From Gemmatimonadota bacterium (GTDB lineage Bacteria; Gemmatimonadota; Gemmatimonadetes; Palauibacterales; Palauibacteraceae), in NCBI GenBank assembly GCA_039587355.1, contig JBDHIO010000013.1, positions 9,847 to 73,846 on the forward strand: 64,000 bases of DNA. The letters are read 5' to 3'. Below the pieces are notes generated by a model, which made no database searches, was not told where the DNA came from, and saw only the letters and a list, made by a program, of their open reading frames with translations. The position numbers and the translations under genes were made by a program. The first letter of the stretch is position 1; each line of letters starts with the position of its first letter. This document shows positions 36,025 to 46,200 of this stretch, piece by piece.

Positions 36025-37497
36025 TCAGCGGCCTGGTGCGAGAGGCAACGGTCGGTTCTCGACCGCGGCTGTCAGATCGAGGCCATCGACCCGAGCCGTC
36101 CGCACGAACTCTTCCATAATCCCGTCCAGCCCACCGAAGTTGTTCGCCGAGTGCGCCCCCCCGGGGAACACGACGACACGGGCATTCGGCAGGTGCCGCG
36201 CGATCTCTTCCGCGAACGGCGGGGGTGTCGCCGGGTCGAACTCGCCGGCGACGATCAGGGTCGGAGTGTCTCCATCCATGAACCGGTGCACGTCGTCCGG
36301 CACGTCGGCCCGAGGCCATTCGCCCGCGGCCTCCATCATGCCTCGCGCGACGGCACCGCGGAGGAACCCGGCCTCCGCGTCCGCTTCGAGCATCTGCTCT
36401 GTCACCCGCGGGGCATCCTCGGAGGCAACGACCGACAGAGTCATGCCCCCGGCCAGGGCCGTCGCATAGCCCGCCTTCATCTGGGGCAGGGCAGTCTGGA
36501 GCGCAGAGAAGTCGCCACGTGACGCCAGGTCTATCACCGCGAGGGTCGTCGCCCCTCCGGAGGCGGGCATCATCAGATTCCGGAGGACATAACCGAATGC
36601 CGTGTCGTCGACCCGCACGTCCGTCTCGTCACCGGAGAAGGGATTGGCGACGGTGAGGGTCACGGGGTCCGCTCGGAGGTCCGTCATTAGCTCGTCGAAC
36701 CGGCCCGCCAGATCCGGATACGCCCGCTCGCACGGCTCCTGGCTTCTGCAGAGATCGAACAGCGCATCGAGCGCGCGCTGGGACCCCGATGTGTAGGTGA
36801 GCGGGACGATCGCGGACGGCGGAACCGGCGCCTTGAGGATCAGCGCCCTCACGTGATCCGGGTACCGCACGGCGTAGATCTGGGCGACGCGGGTTCCGTA
36901 AGAAGTTCCGTAGATGTTCAGTGCTGCATACCCGAGTGCCACGCGGATCGCCTCGATGTCATCCACGATGTGCGAGCTCGTGTACATCGTGAGGTCCGCC
37001 CCGCTTTCGAGCCGCGCGAGCGCGCCCCGCGCCCACGACGCCGGCACGACCGTCGCGAGATCATCGAACAGCCGGTCCGCAGAGGGTTCCAGAGCGAGCT
37101 CGCCCGAGCCAGCCGTGCCCCGCGGCGCGAGCAACACGATGTCCCGCTCATCCCGCAGGGCATCGAATACCTCGGCGAAGTAGCTCCGCGGACCCGCGGA
37201 CCGGGTGGCCGACTGGCCGGGCCCACCGGGCACGACGATGAGCGGGTCGGCGAGCGGCTCCGGGGCCCGCGCCTCGAGCACCATGACCTCGAGCGCGATC
37301 GACGCGGCGTCCGGCCGATCCGGGTTTTCGGGAACGGTGACGTGATGGCAGGTCACCCGACCGCCCACGTCGTGATCGGGGCAGGGGATCGTCCCTGTGG
37401 AGAGGGCCGGGGATCCGGGGGCTCGATCGGACGAGCACGCCAGACTTCCCAGAACGGCTGCCGCGACGATAACCATGCCTGCAGTTCGAAAGATCAT
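36025..37497 (-). CDS. Alpha/beta hydrolase lipoprotein (S33 prolyl/tripeptidyl aminopeptidase-like)
   Basis: 490 aa. Lipobox LGSLAC; GGPGQS oxyanion region; nucleophile elbow IYGTSYG; C-terminal GEFD...H. Start overlaps the TetR stop (ATGA). Confidence 0.85.
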   Translation of the reverse strand: MIFRTAGMVIVAAAVLGSLACSSDRAPGSPALSTGTIPCPDHDVGGRVTCHHVTVPENPDRPDAASIALEVMVLEARAPEPLADPLIVVPGGPGQSATRSAGPRSYFAEVFDALRDERDIVLLAPRGTAGSGELALEPSADRLFDDLATVVPASWARGALARLESGADLTMYTSSHIVDDIEAIRVALGYAALNIYGTSYGTRVAQIYAVRYPDHVRALILKAPVPPSAIVPLTYTSGSQRALDALFDLCRSQEPCERAYPDLAGRFDELMTDLRADPVTLTVANPFSGDETDVRVDDTAFGYVLRNLMMPASGGATTLAVIDLASRGDFSALQTALPQMKAGYATALAGGMTLSVVASEDAPRVTEQMLEADAEAGFLRGAVARGMMEAAGEWPRADVPDDVHRFMDGDTPTLIVAGEFDPATPPPFAEEIARHLPNARVVVFPGGAHSANNFGGLDGIMEEFVRTARVDGLDLTAAVENRPLPLAPGR

Positions 37498-38135
37498 GTG
37501 GTGACTCCGGGTTCATGCAATCCGACCACACCGAGGGCGGCCGCGGTCAGGTAGTCGATGAAGGCGTCACGAGACAGGCGGGGGTGACCGGGGACGGAAT
37601 CCGGTTTCATGACCAGGGAGTCGCGGCATGCACCCATGACGACGGCGATCGCGGCGCGCGTCGCCTCTTCCGGATCGTCTGCCCGCATGAGGTCGCGGTC
37701 GAGCAGGAGAATGTGCGCGGCCGCGTCGTACAGACCCGCCAGTCGATCGGCGAACGCGCCCGAGGCGTCCTCGGGTGTGGACCAGTAGCGAAGCAGGAAT
37801 GTGCGCAGAACGTGTCGTTCCTCGGCCATCAGATCCACGATCTCCGCGATCACGCCCCGGAATCGCTCGCGCGTTACCCGGTCGATCCAGCGGTCGAGGG
37901 CGAAGGCGTCCTCCAGCCGCGCCGTCCGTCGGTCCTCGTATCTCGAATGCAGGGCCTCGAGAAGGGCGTTTTTGCCCTCGAATCTGGCGTAGAAGCCACC
38001 CACCGAGACACCCGCCATACTCGCGATTCCCGCGACGGCGAGTTCGTCGAACGGGAGATCGGCGAGCAGAGTCTCGGTGGCCGCGAGGATGCGTTCTTCC
38101 GTTGCTCTGCTTCGTGCCTGCTGTGCTTTGAGCAT
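37494..38135 (-). CDS. TetR/AcrR family transcriptional regulator
   Basis: 213 aa. N-terminal HTH ILAATETLLADLPFDELAVAGIASMAGVSVGGFYARFEGKNALL. Confidence 0.9.
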   Translation of the reverse strand: MLKAQQARSRATEERILAATETLLADLPFDELAVAGIASMAGVSVGGFYARFEGKNALLEALHSRYEDRRTARLEDAFALDRWIDRVTRERFRGVIAEIVDLMAEERHVLRTFLLRYWSTPEDASGAFADRLAGLYDAAAHILLLDRDLMRADDPEEATRAAIAVVMGACRDSLVMKPDSVPGHPRLSRDAFIDYLTAAALGVVGLHEPGVTT

Positions 38136-38141
38136 AATAAC

Positions 38142-38161
38142 CGAATACGAATTCGTATTCG
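38142..38161. promoter_or_regulatory. Perfect 20-bp palindrome CGAATACGAATTCGTATTCG, candidate TetR operator
   Basis: Starts 7 nt upstream of the TetR ATG, in a locally AT-rich stretch. Confidence 0.6.
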
Positions 38162-38206
38162 TGTTGTCAACCCGGGGGGGCCTGGAGAGTCATTCTCGGA
38201 GCCCGG

Positions 38207-39175
38207 TCAGTTCGCGCCTCCACCCATCGGGCGAGTCGGCATTCTGACGTTGCAGAGACCGATACGGTCGGTCGGATGTACGAAGAAGTCCTCCGTCCGC
38301 GAGCGGACCGCCATGATCAGGTATCGGAACGAGTCGGAGTCCGTGCGGAGGAGTTCGATCTGCGCTCGTTCCGCGACCGGGACGTCCGAGCCCATCCGCG
38401 CGGAGGCGATCGGGACGCGCTCGCCGGGGGTTTCGTAGGTCCCGAGAGGTCCGGTCCCGCGAGGTAGCGACGAAAGGTGCTCCATCCCGCTCACGACCCG
38501 GCCCACCATGCTGAGATTGCGATCGAGGTGGCGGGGGGAGTGCCCCGTCACTGCGTAGAGACCCCCACCGTTCCCCGACCCCGGGTCGTTGCCCCGGGCG
38601 ACGCCGACGACGCCGTAGCAGTGCGCCATCCACATCACCCCGGCCGACGGATCCCGCCCGACCGGAAAACCGTCCACGAACCCTGCCTCGGGGGCGTACA
38701 CATCCCCATCGGGGACGGGCGTGAACCCGCCATTCATCGCTACCTCGAACTCGGCGGGGAGGGCCGTGGCGATCTCGGGCGCGAACTCCTCGCCCTCCAT
38801 CAGCGGTCGCGGGCCCCACTGCGCCACGTAGTTGTCCTGCGAGCGCCCAACGGCCCCTTCGTCGAAGTACCCGCCGCGCACGAGCGCGCGGATGTTCTCG
38901 ACGTGCCGGGGCGCGAACCGGGGCGCCAGTTCGAGGACGACCTGGCCGCCCGGAAGCTCCAGATAGACGGTGCTCTCCGGGTCGAGCGTCCGCCATTCGT
39001 CGTCCCGGATGGACTCCATCACCTCCGCCGCGCTGCGGGCGGGAGCGGTCGCCGCACTCTCGGTCGGAGTGGCCGGCGACGCGGTGTCGGGCCCCTCGTC
39101 GGCCGGAGTGCACGACGCGAACGCGAGGGCCAGCACAGGCACGAGCAGGCGACGGGCAGAGTCGACGTTGTCCAT
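38207..39175 (-). CDS. Cyclophilin-type peptidyl-prolyl cis-trans isomerase, lipoprotein
   Basis: ATG at 39175. Lipobox LALAFASC. Cyclophilin-like segments HVENIRALVRGGYFDEG and GVVGVARGNDPGSGNGGGLY..TG....LD...S.VGRVVSGMEHL. Confidence 0.75.
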   Translation of the reverse strand: MDNVDSARRLLVPVLALAFASCTPADEGPDTASPATPTESAATAPARSAAEVMESIRDDEWRTLDPESTVYLELPGGQVVLELAPRFAPRHVENIRALVRGGYFDEGAVGRSQDNYVAQWGPRPLMEGEEFAPEIATALPAEFEVAMNGGFTPVPDGDVYAPEAGFVDGFPVGRDPSAGVMWMAHCYGVVGVARGNDPGSGNGGGLYAVTGHSPRHLDRNLSMVGRVVSGMEHLSSLPRGTGPLGTYETPGERVPIASARMGSDVPVAERAQIELLRTDSDSFRYLIMAVRSRTEDFFVHPTDRIGLCNVRMPTRPMGGGAN

Positions 39176-39417
39176 CAATCCTCCGGGGGTGTTGATCGAC
39201 GCATGCGGCTGAACGGGAAGCCCTCGCATCCCTCGATCGGCGTTTCTCGGGAATCGTCAGCGTGCCGGCGAGCGAAAGGCCCGCGGGAGTGACGACGGTC
39301 ACCTCCTCCGCCGTATACCGGCGCGCCGGGTGGCACGTCGTAATACCCCGACTCCGATCCGGAGCACACGGCTAGAGCGCAGGCAGCCAGGAAGAGAAGC
39401 CGCCCCCGCCGGTTCAC
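39175..39417 (-). CDS. Possible small lipoprotein ORF (weak)
   Basis: 80 aa with a good lipoprotein signal (LLFLAACALAVC) and a TGATG overlap with the PPIase start, but the mature part is Arg/Gly/Pro-rich and may be non-coding. Confidence 0.25.
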   Translation of the reverse strand: MNRRGRLLFLAACALAVCSGSESGYYDVPPGAPVYGGGGDRRHSRGPFARRHADDSRETPIEGCEGFPFSRMRRSTPPED

Positions 39418-39460
39418 AAGGCCTTCGCCGCCGCGGTGACGCCCTTCAGGAGCCGCCTGC

Positions 39461-40162
39461 TCACGAGACGAGCGCGACGCTCCATGCCGTGAAGTCTCGC
39501 CAGAACGGAATGCTTGGACTGACGGCCCACAGGAGTTGATTCACCGCCCAGAGGCCGCTGCTGACCAGGTAGGGCTGGAGGTTGGCTTCCTGCCGCCAGT
39601 CACGGTAGAGCAGCCAGAGGTTCGCGACGAGAATGAGGGCCATCAGCTGCGGAAAGTCCGGGACCCAGCCGGTCAACGGCTCGACGTAGTTGCCGAGCGC
39701 TCGCCCGAGACCCGGAATCAAAAACACGAACGCCGTCGCGGCCATGTACCGGGCGTGAAGCTGCATCTGTTTCCGGTGTACCATGGCCATGATAAACAGG
39801 ACGGCGAACGCGATCGGAAGGAACCACCCGAACCAGTAGATGCTGATCAGGCCGTCGGCGAAGGGCGCTTCAAGTCCCTCCAGGAAGTGCAGGTTCACCC
39901 AGATCCCGGAAACCACGATGGCGGGCGCGACGAAGAACGCGGTCCGCCCCAGCGTCCGATGGCGCGTGATGTTCCTCACGCGCATCAGCCATGACTGGGT
40001 GATGAGGAGCGCCACCCAGATCAGCATCGACGCCGCATGAAGGTGATGGGTGATGTGCAGGTCGTCCGACCCGAGCTGCGAGAGGTAGCTCTTCCAGAAC
40101 CCGAGGATCGAGACGACGAGGAGCGCGATGAACCAGTAGAATGCGTTCCGGAACAGGGGCAT
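39461..40162 (-). CDS. Hypothetical polytopic membrane protein
   Basis: 233 aa, about 6 TM, conserved His (ITHHLHAASM). Confidence 0.55.
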   Translation of the reverse strand: MPLFRNAFYWFIALLVVSILGFWKSYLSQLGSDDLHITHHLHAASMLIWVALLITQSWLMRVRNITRHRTLGRTAFFVAPAIVVSGIWVNLHFLEGLEAPFADGLISIYWFGWFLPIAFAVLFIMAMVHRKQMQLHARYMAATAFVFLIPGLGRALGNYVEPLTGWVPDFPQLMALILVANLWLLYRDWRQEANLQPYLVSSGLWAVNQLLWAVSPSIPFWRDFTAWSVALVS

Positions 40163-40165
40163 GGG

Positions 40166-40582
40166 TCAGACCCAGCCCGCCTGTGCGAGGGTGTGGCCGT
40201 CGTTCCAGATCTTCGTCATGTGCCGGATCCGATCGCCGTCGAACTCCATGGCGTAGACGTAGTCCGCCGAGACACTCTTTCCCGTCGCCGGGACCGGACC
40301 GCCCTCGCCCGTGTGCGTGCCGCTGAAGACGGCGAAGGCCAGCGCGCTGTTCCGGTCATGATCAACGGCGAAGGAGCGAAGCTCGTAGCTGCCGTTCGGT
40401 ATCGGCGTGAAGAGTCCCTTCATCCACTCCGTGTACCCCTCGAGCGTATCGACCCCCTCCAGCGCGCCCGCCTGGGCAGAAAACGTCGCGCCCTCGTGGC
40501 AGTACTCGCGGCACGCATCCCAGCCCTTTCCCGTCTCGCAGGCGTCGAAGAATCCGAGGGCATTCTCTGTCATCGAGCTCAT
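40166..40582 (-). CDS. SnoaL-like / NTF2-superfamily protein
   Basis: 138 aa. Pattern typical of ester-cyclase-like proteins (Y..W......P......(R/S)...D......A....F.GTHTG...G....ATGK....DYVY.M.F.GD.I.H(M/L)TK.WN). Confidence 0.65.
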   Translation of the reverse strand: MSSMTENALGFFDACETGKGWDACREYCHEGATFSAQAGALEGVDTLEGYTEWMKGLFTPIPNGSYELRSFAVDHDRNSALAFAVFSGTHTGEGGPVPATGKSVSADYVYAMEFDGDRIRHMTKIWNDGHTLAQAGWV

Positions 40583-40710
40583 GGTCTCTTCCTTTTCGAG
40601 GTGGTATCGCTACCCGGGTGCTCCCCGGCGAATGCGAACGTTAAACTGGTCCGGTGGACCGGGACACGCGACCCGACACCGTAACTTCCGGCAGAAGGGC
40701 GATCCGAAAG

Positions 40711-41403
40711 ATGTCCGAGGCCGATCTATACGAACCGATCAAGCGGTTCCTGGAAGCACAGGGCTATGCCGTGAAGGGCGAGATCGGACACTGCGACATC
40801 GTCGCGGTGCGAGAAGGTGAAGACCCGGTCGTCGTCGAGCTCAAGGAACGGCTGACTCTCGCGTTGATCCTCCAGGGCGTGGACCGGCTCCGCGTGTCGG
40901 CCGATGTCTACATCGCGTTTCGTATCGGGAAGGGACACAGCGCGAGCTGGCGTACGAGAAGGAAGCAGGTGACGGGTCTTTTACGACGCCTCGGACTGGG
41001 TCTGCTCACGGTCTCCGCTCACGACAACGTCGTCGCGGTTCTGGACCCCACACCCTACCGGCCGCGACTGAATACGAGGAAGCAGGGACGCCTGTTGAAG
41101 GAGTTCGCCGAGCGCGTCGGCGACCCGGAGGCCGGTGGTTCATCGTCGCGGCAGCGCCTCACCGCCTATCGGCAGGATGCGCTCCGGTGCGCCCGCGAGC
41201 TGTCGGACTCGGGCGTCCTGAAGCTCAGCGTCCTTCGCGAGCGAACCGGCGTCATCCGCGCGGGGCCGATCCTCCGGGACAATCACTACGGCTGGTTCGA
41301 GCGCGTGACTTTCGGCCATTACGAGCTGACGCCGAAGGGGAGAGATGAGCTCTCGACGTGGGCCGAGGCGCTCACGTCCCTCGAACCGAAGCCTCCGTCG
41401 TAA
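40711..41403 (+). CDS. Conserved hypothetical protein with N-terminal PD-(D/E)xK nuclease-like core and C-terminal winged-helix-like region (resembles DUF2161, from memory)
   Basis: ATG at 40711. GEIGHCDIVAV...PVVVELK (D...E.K arrangement). Confidence 0.5.
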   Translation: MSEADLYEPIKRFLEAQGYAVKGEIGHCDIVAVREGEDPVVVELKERLTLALILQGVDRLRVSADVYIAFRIGKGHSASWRTRRKQVTGLLRRLGLGLLTVSAHDNVVAVLDPTPYRPRLNTRKQGRLLKEFAERVGDPEAGGSSSRQRLTAYRQDALRCARELSDSGVLKLSVLRERTGVIRAGPILRDNHYGWFERVTFGHYELTPKGRDELSTWAEALTSLEPKPPS

Positions 41404-41415
41404 GCCCGGTAGACC

Positions 41416-41664
41416 TCAGAGCTCTTCGAGGAACCGTCGGATCCTCCCCTTCGTGAGGTAGAACCCGGCGATCCGGCTGTCGCCGGATACCATCGTGGGA
41501 ATCCCGCGCACACCCGCGCTCCGGGCGGCGCCCCGGTTCGTCAGAAACTCGACCTTTTCTACCTCGATGTCGGGGAACTCCGGCAGGAGTTGGGAGAGCG
41601 ACAGCTTCGCCATCTGACAGCGCGGGCAGACCATCGAGTGGTAGAAGGTCACGTTCTTCGACAT
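41416..41664 (-). CDS. Glutaredoxin/thioredoxin-fold small protein
   Basis: 82 aa. CPRC active-site motif, GIPTMV cis-Pro loop. Confidence 0.75.
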   Translation of the reverse strand: MSKNVTFYHSMVCPRCQMAKLSLSQLLPEFPDIEVEKVEFLTNRGAARSAGVRGIPTMVSGDSRIAGFYLTKGRIRRFLEEL

Positions 41665-41785
41665 GATCCGCCTCCGGCATCGCAGTGATCGGGCCGCCGT
41701 CGTTGACTGGCAGGCGAGCCTGCGGACATCAAGATGGAGCGTCCGCGAAGGACGCGACAGTGGAACAGGGAGGCAGGCGCGCCGG

Positions 41786-42544
41786 TCAGCGGTCCCTCGC
41801 CCCCCGCACCATCTCCAGTGTCTCCGAGTTTTCTTCCGCGAGCCGCTCGAGGTTCCGCGCGTATACTTCGGCCAGGCCGGAGGCCGACTTCAGCCCTGAA
41901 ATGACTTCGGGGTCTCGCCTGAGGCCCTCGAAGTCGATCGACGGATACGACGAGAGCCCCTCGGTCGTCACCAGCTGATTCAGGAACCCGCCGGGAAAAT
42001 ACGCGCTCAGGACCGGGCGATACTGATACCAGAGCAGCTCTTTCCGACTGTCATCCATCTCGAAGAGGAGCAGAAGCGCGGGATGCCTGTGGTACGCACC
42101 CAGTCGCTGCCGAAGCTCCGCGTCCCGGAGGAGGCCGAGATTCCCGGTCGCGACGAGGTCGGCCCAGGTAGCGGTCTCGAAGACGAAAAAGTTCACGAAT
42201 CCGGCGAAGTGATAGTCGGTCAGGACCGCCGACGTATCCGTCGTCACCGCCCAGCCCTGTTCCGAGAATCGCAGCGCCGCGTCCGCGCGCGTCCTGGTCC
42301 GTAGCTCGGCGGCGTGACGATTGGCGATTCGGGTCGAGTCGGCCACGAGGTCGGCCACGAGCCGCTCGAGGTACTCCTGCTCATCGGCGACCGCGATGCG
42401 GTCCTCGCGCCAGCCCTCGATCCACAGAGCGATGAGGACACCGATCACGATGACGATGAGTTCGGCGGCGCCACGAACGAAGATCTTGTCTTTCAAGGCG
42501 GCTCGTCCCATCCCCTGAGGCTTGAGTCGGCTGGCGGATGACAC
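41786..42544 (-). CDS. Hypothetical N-terminally anchored protein, paralog family D (resembles DUF6090, from memory)
   Basis: 252 aa. AELIVIVIGVLIALWIEGWRE....ADEQEYLERLVADL, conserved with the other D copies. The start may be the internal Met12. Confidence 0.6.
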   Translation of the reverse strand: MSSASRLKPQGMGRAALKDKIFVRGAAELIVIVIGVLIALWIEGWREDRIAVADEQEYLERLVADLVADSTRIANRHAAELRTRTRADAALRFSEQGWAVTTDTSAVLTDYHFAGFVNFFVFETATWADLVATGNLGLLRDAELRQRLGAYHRHPALLLLFEMDDSRKELLWYQYRPVLSAYFPGGFLNQLVTTEGLSSYPSIDFEGLRRDPEVISGLKSASGLAEVYARNLERLAEENSETLEMVRGARDR

Positions 42545-42595
42545 TGACGCCTCGGTCGAAGAAGCGTCAGTGCCGGACCCACCGAACCGGGCGAC

Positions 42596-43108
42596 CTAGT
42601 CGCCGCCGCCGGGTCGCCGCAGGGTCGCCGTCGCTCCGCCCATGGGCCCGCCCTCGCCGAACGCGAGCACCAGAGCGCCGTCTTCCATGCGAAACGTGAT
42701 CGTCTGCGCGTTGCCCTCACCGCCGGTGGGGGCGAACCCGGCCATGTAGGACGGGGACTTTGCGACGAAAGCCTCGTAGGTGATCGTATTGCCCTCGACC
42801 ATGTATCGGCCCGAGTTGGCCACGAACGGGCCATACGCGGCCGCGAGATCCGCGTCTGACGGGTTGGCCGGGACCGGATCGCGGCCCTCGCCAATCACGA
42901 ACATGATGCTGTAGTGACCGGATTCGCTGAAGATGAACAGGCCGCGCTGTGGGACGGGGCCTTCCTGCCCGGAGGGGGCCTCCCATTCTGCGATGACCCA
43001 TCCACCGTGGATGTCCGATGCGGATTGAGCCGCGACGGCAGCCGGGAGCACTGCGAGGGCGAGGCTCAGCGCGAGCGTTCTGCCGATGAGTCGAAAACTG
43101 GTCTTCAT
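42596..43108 (-). CDS. Secreted lipocalin-like small protein
   Basis: ATG at 43108, signal ALSLALAVLPAAVAAQ. HGGW.I.......G.........G.(F/Y).FSESGHYS... pattern. The rest of ORF 42596..43420 is rejected. Confidence 0.55.
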   Translation of the reverse strand: MKTSFRLIGRTLALSLALAVLPAAVAAQSASDIHGGWVIAEWEAPSGQEGPVPQRGLFIFSESGHYSIMFVIGEGRDPVPANPSDADLAAAYGPFVANSGRYMVEGNTITYEAFVAKSPSYMAGFAPTGGEGNAQTITFRMEDGALVLAFGEGGPMGGATATLRRPGGGD

Positions 43109-43232
43109 GGAAGGTCCTTTCGGGTAGGGTGCGAAAAGCCCGTGCCCACCGAACATGCCCGTCCATTCCGGAACGGGCCATGGCTCCGTCGGGCGGCGTA
43201 CCACGGAACACGCGCTAGCGCGGGTGGGTGGC

Positions 43233-46200
43233 TCACCCCTCGCCCGAGTCGATTCGAGCCAGTAGCCGCTCGACCGCGGTATCGAGCTGCGCATCGCGCC
43301 CCGTATACCACTCGCCGGCGGGGCGCTCCACCTCGATATCAACGGGTCGCGGGTTGAGCTCCATGTTCTCGCCGTCCGCTCCGCGCACCTCGATGAACGG
43401 CATCCTGATGACCGTCCCATCGAAGAGCGAGACGCCGCTCGTATAGATGATCCAGCCCGCCGTCGGCTCGCCCACGACCTCGCCGATCTCCATGGCGCGC
43501 CACCCCTCGGTGAAGTCCTCGCCGTCCGAGAGCGTGTTCTGGTTCGTCACCAGGATCACCGGGTTCAGATAGGCGCGCTGCCCGAGCTGGTGTCGCGATG
43601 ACGCGTGTACTCCGCCGCGGGGTCGCATGGTCATGAACGAGCGGCGCGTGAAGATGTCGAGCGCGTAGTTGTTCACGAACCCGCCGTTGTTGTTTCGGAC
43701 ATCGACGACGATCCCATCGCGATTCCGGTTCTCCTGATCGAGATCGAGATAGAGCTGCTGCAGCGTGCCGCCGCCCATGTCCGGAATGTGGACGTAGCCT
43801 AGCCGGCCGCCGGATGCGTCGGCCACGTATTCCCGTCGACTCTCGACCCAGCTCCGGTACACGAGGTTCTTCTCGGCGCCGAGCGAGACCGGGGACAGAG
43901 CGACCGTGCTCGTCGCGCCGCCGGATGACACGACGACCTCGACGCGATCTCCGATCGTCCCGCGGAGGATGCGGTTCAGGTTCGTGCTTCCGTCGATCGT
44001 GACTCCGGCCACCGAAAGGATGCGATCTCCCATGGCGATCTCGCCGGACACGTGCGCGGGTCCGAGGTCGATCACCTCGGAGACGATCAGTTCCCCGGCC
44101 GCCTCGTACGCCTCGCGGTCGAACCGGAGCCCGAGGCGCCCCACCTGTGTCGTGCTCGGCGATTCGGATCCGCTCACTCCGAGATGCGATCCGTTGAGCT
44201 CTCCCGTCATGAGCAGCAGGGCCCGCCGCATCTCCTGGCGGTTCACGGTGCCGGCCACCACGGGTGCCCAGGCACTGCGGATGCCGTCCCAGTCCGCGCC
44301 GTGGTGGTTGGGATCGTAGAACCCGTCGTTCAGCGCCGACCAGTTCGCCAGGAATACGTCGTCCTTCTCGGCGTGGAAGTCGACGTCGAGCTCGGCCGCG
44401 AGGGACACGGTCCGTCCGCCGTTGCCGTCCACCCCGATCGATCTCACCGATCCGCCCTGCATATACCAGACGCGACCCGGGGCGCTGGCGAACTCGATCC
44501 CTCCCTTGAATCCCGGGCCACTCGTCACGGGGCGGACCCCGTTGGGGCCGGTCGAAAGCGGGTCGAGGTTGAAGGAGTAGATGTTCTGCTGGCCCGCGGC
44601 GGACCCCGTCACGATCAGCTTCTCGCCGTCGGGCGTGACGGTCATCTCCTGGACGCTGAACGGGATCGGCATCACCTGATAGCGACGTCGGATCTCGTCG
44701 AACTCGATCTCGACCGGATCCTCGTCATCCGCCTCGTCCTCTTCGTTTTCGCTGCTCGAGTCTTCCTGCTCGTCCCCCGACGGCTCCTCCACCTCGAAGA
44801 GCTCGGAGAGCGCGTCCTCCCGGAAGACAGGTGTGCGCGGGACGAGGTCGATCCGGATCACACGGGTGTCCTCGGTGCGCTGGTTTGTCGTGTAGAAGAT
44901 CGATTTGCCATCCGGCTGCCAGGCGATCGCACCGCCGAACGTGTTCGGCAGGAACGAGACCGGTCGCGCCTCCGCGCTCCCGTCGGCCGGCACCACGTGC
45001 ACGTTCCAGAACTCGCCGTTCGCGCTCGCCATGTAGGCGATCCAGCGTCCGTCCGGCGACCACACGGGCGAGCCGAAGACGCTCCGGCTACCGAATCCGA
45101 TCAGTCCCGTCGCCACGACGGCGTCGGCCCCTGACTCGACGTCGAGCACCCGGAGCTCTGCGCCGTTTCGGATGTAGGCGACCCGAAGGTCGTCAGGCGC
45201 CCAGGCGGGCGCGGCGTCCAGGTCGTCCCCGGTCGTCAGTGCCCGCTCGGTCCCGTTGCCGAAGTCGTACAGGTAGAGGTCGGCGGAGCCATTCCGGGCC
45301 GACGTGTACACGATGTGTCTGGAGTCGTGCGCCCAGCTGACCGAACCCTCCGGTGCCGGCGTGTTCGTGACCCGCGTGGTCAGCGACCCCGCCTCCCCCT
45401 CCTCCGCCGCGCCGGCGAACAGTTCGCCGCGGGCGACGACGACGAGCTTCTCGCCATCGGGCGAGATCGTGAACCCGCTGAACGACGTAATCCTCTCCGA
45501 CTCGACCCGCGGTCCCTGAACCGCGCCGACCGGCCGAATGTCCACCGGAGTCGTCTGACCCGACCCCAGGTCGTGCGTCCAGATGCGGAAATCGCGCTCG
45601 AACGCGACGGTTCCGTCCGACGCGATGCTGGGCCAGAGGGCGCGGCCGTCCGAGAAGTCGGTCAGCTGCGTGGGAGACCCACCCGTCTGCGAAACGCGCC
45701 ACAGGTTCTCGCTGCCGGATCGGTCGGAGACGAACACGATGTCTCCGTCCGGCGCCCACATCGGCCACTGGTTCTTGCCCCCGGTCGTGACCGCCGAATA
45801 CGTGGGGGTAGCTCCACGCGGATCTGCGATCCAGATCTCGGCCTCGTCCATGTGCGAGTGCCCGTTCCGCCACCACTGGCTCCAGGCGGTCCGCCCGCGC
45901 GTCGCGATCGCCACTCGCCCGTCCTGGTGCGGGGCGGCCCAGAACTCGTCCGCATACCTGTCGGCGAGCACGGGCATCGGGGTCCCCCCGGTCACCCGCA
46001 CGCGGAAGACGTCGGCCATCCCGGACACGTCGTGCGATACCGAGGAGAACCACACCCATTCGGAATCCGCAGACCACCCGTCGAGCAGCGTCGACGTGGA
46101 CATGAAGGTCAACTGCCGCGTCTCACCGGATTCGAGGTCGTGCACGTAGATGTGGCTCGTGCCGTCGCGGTACGACTCGAACGCCAGGTAGCGACCGTCC

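Noticed and set aside
38190-39302. 370-aa minus-strand ORF overlapping the cyclophilin gene in another frame.
   Set aside because: The alternative frame (38207..39175) has a lipobox and cyclophilin-like segments. This ORF is Arg/Gly/Pro-rich.
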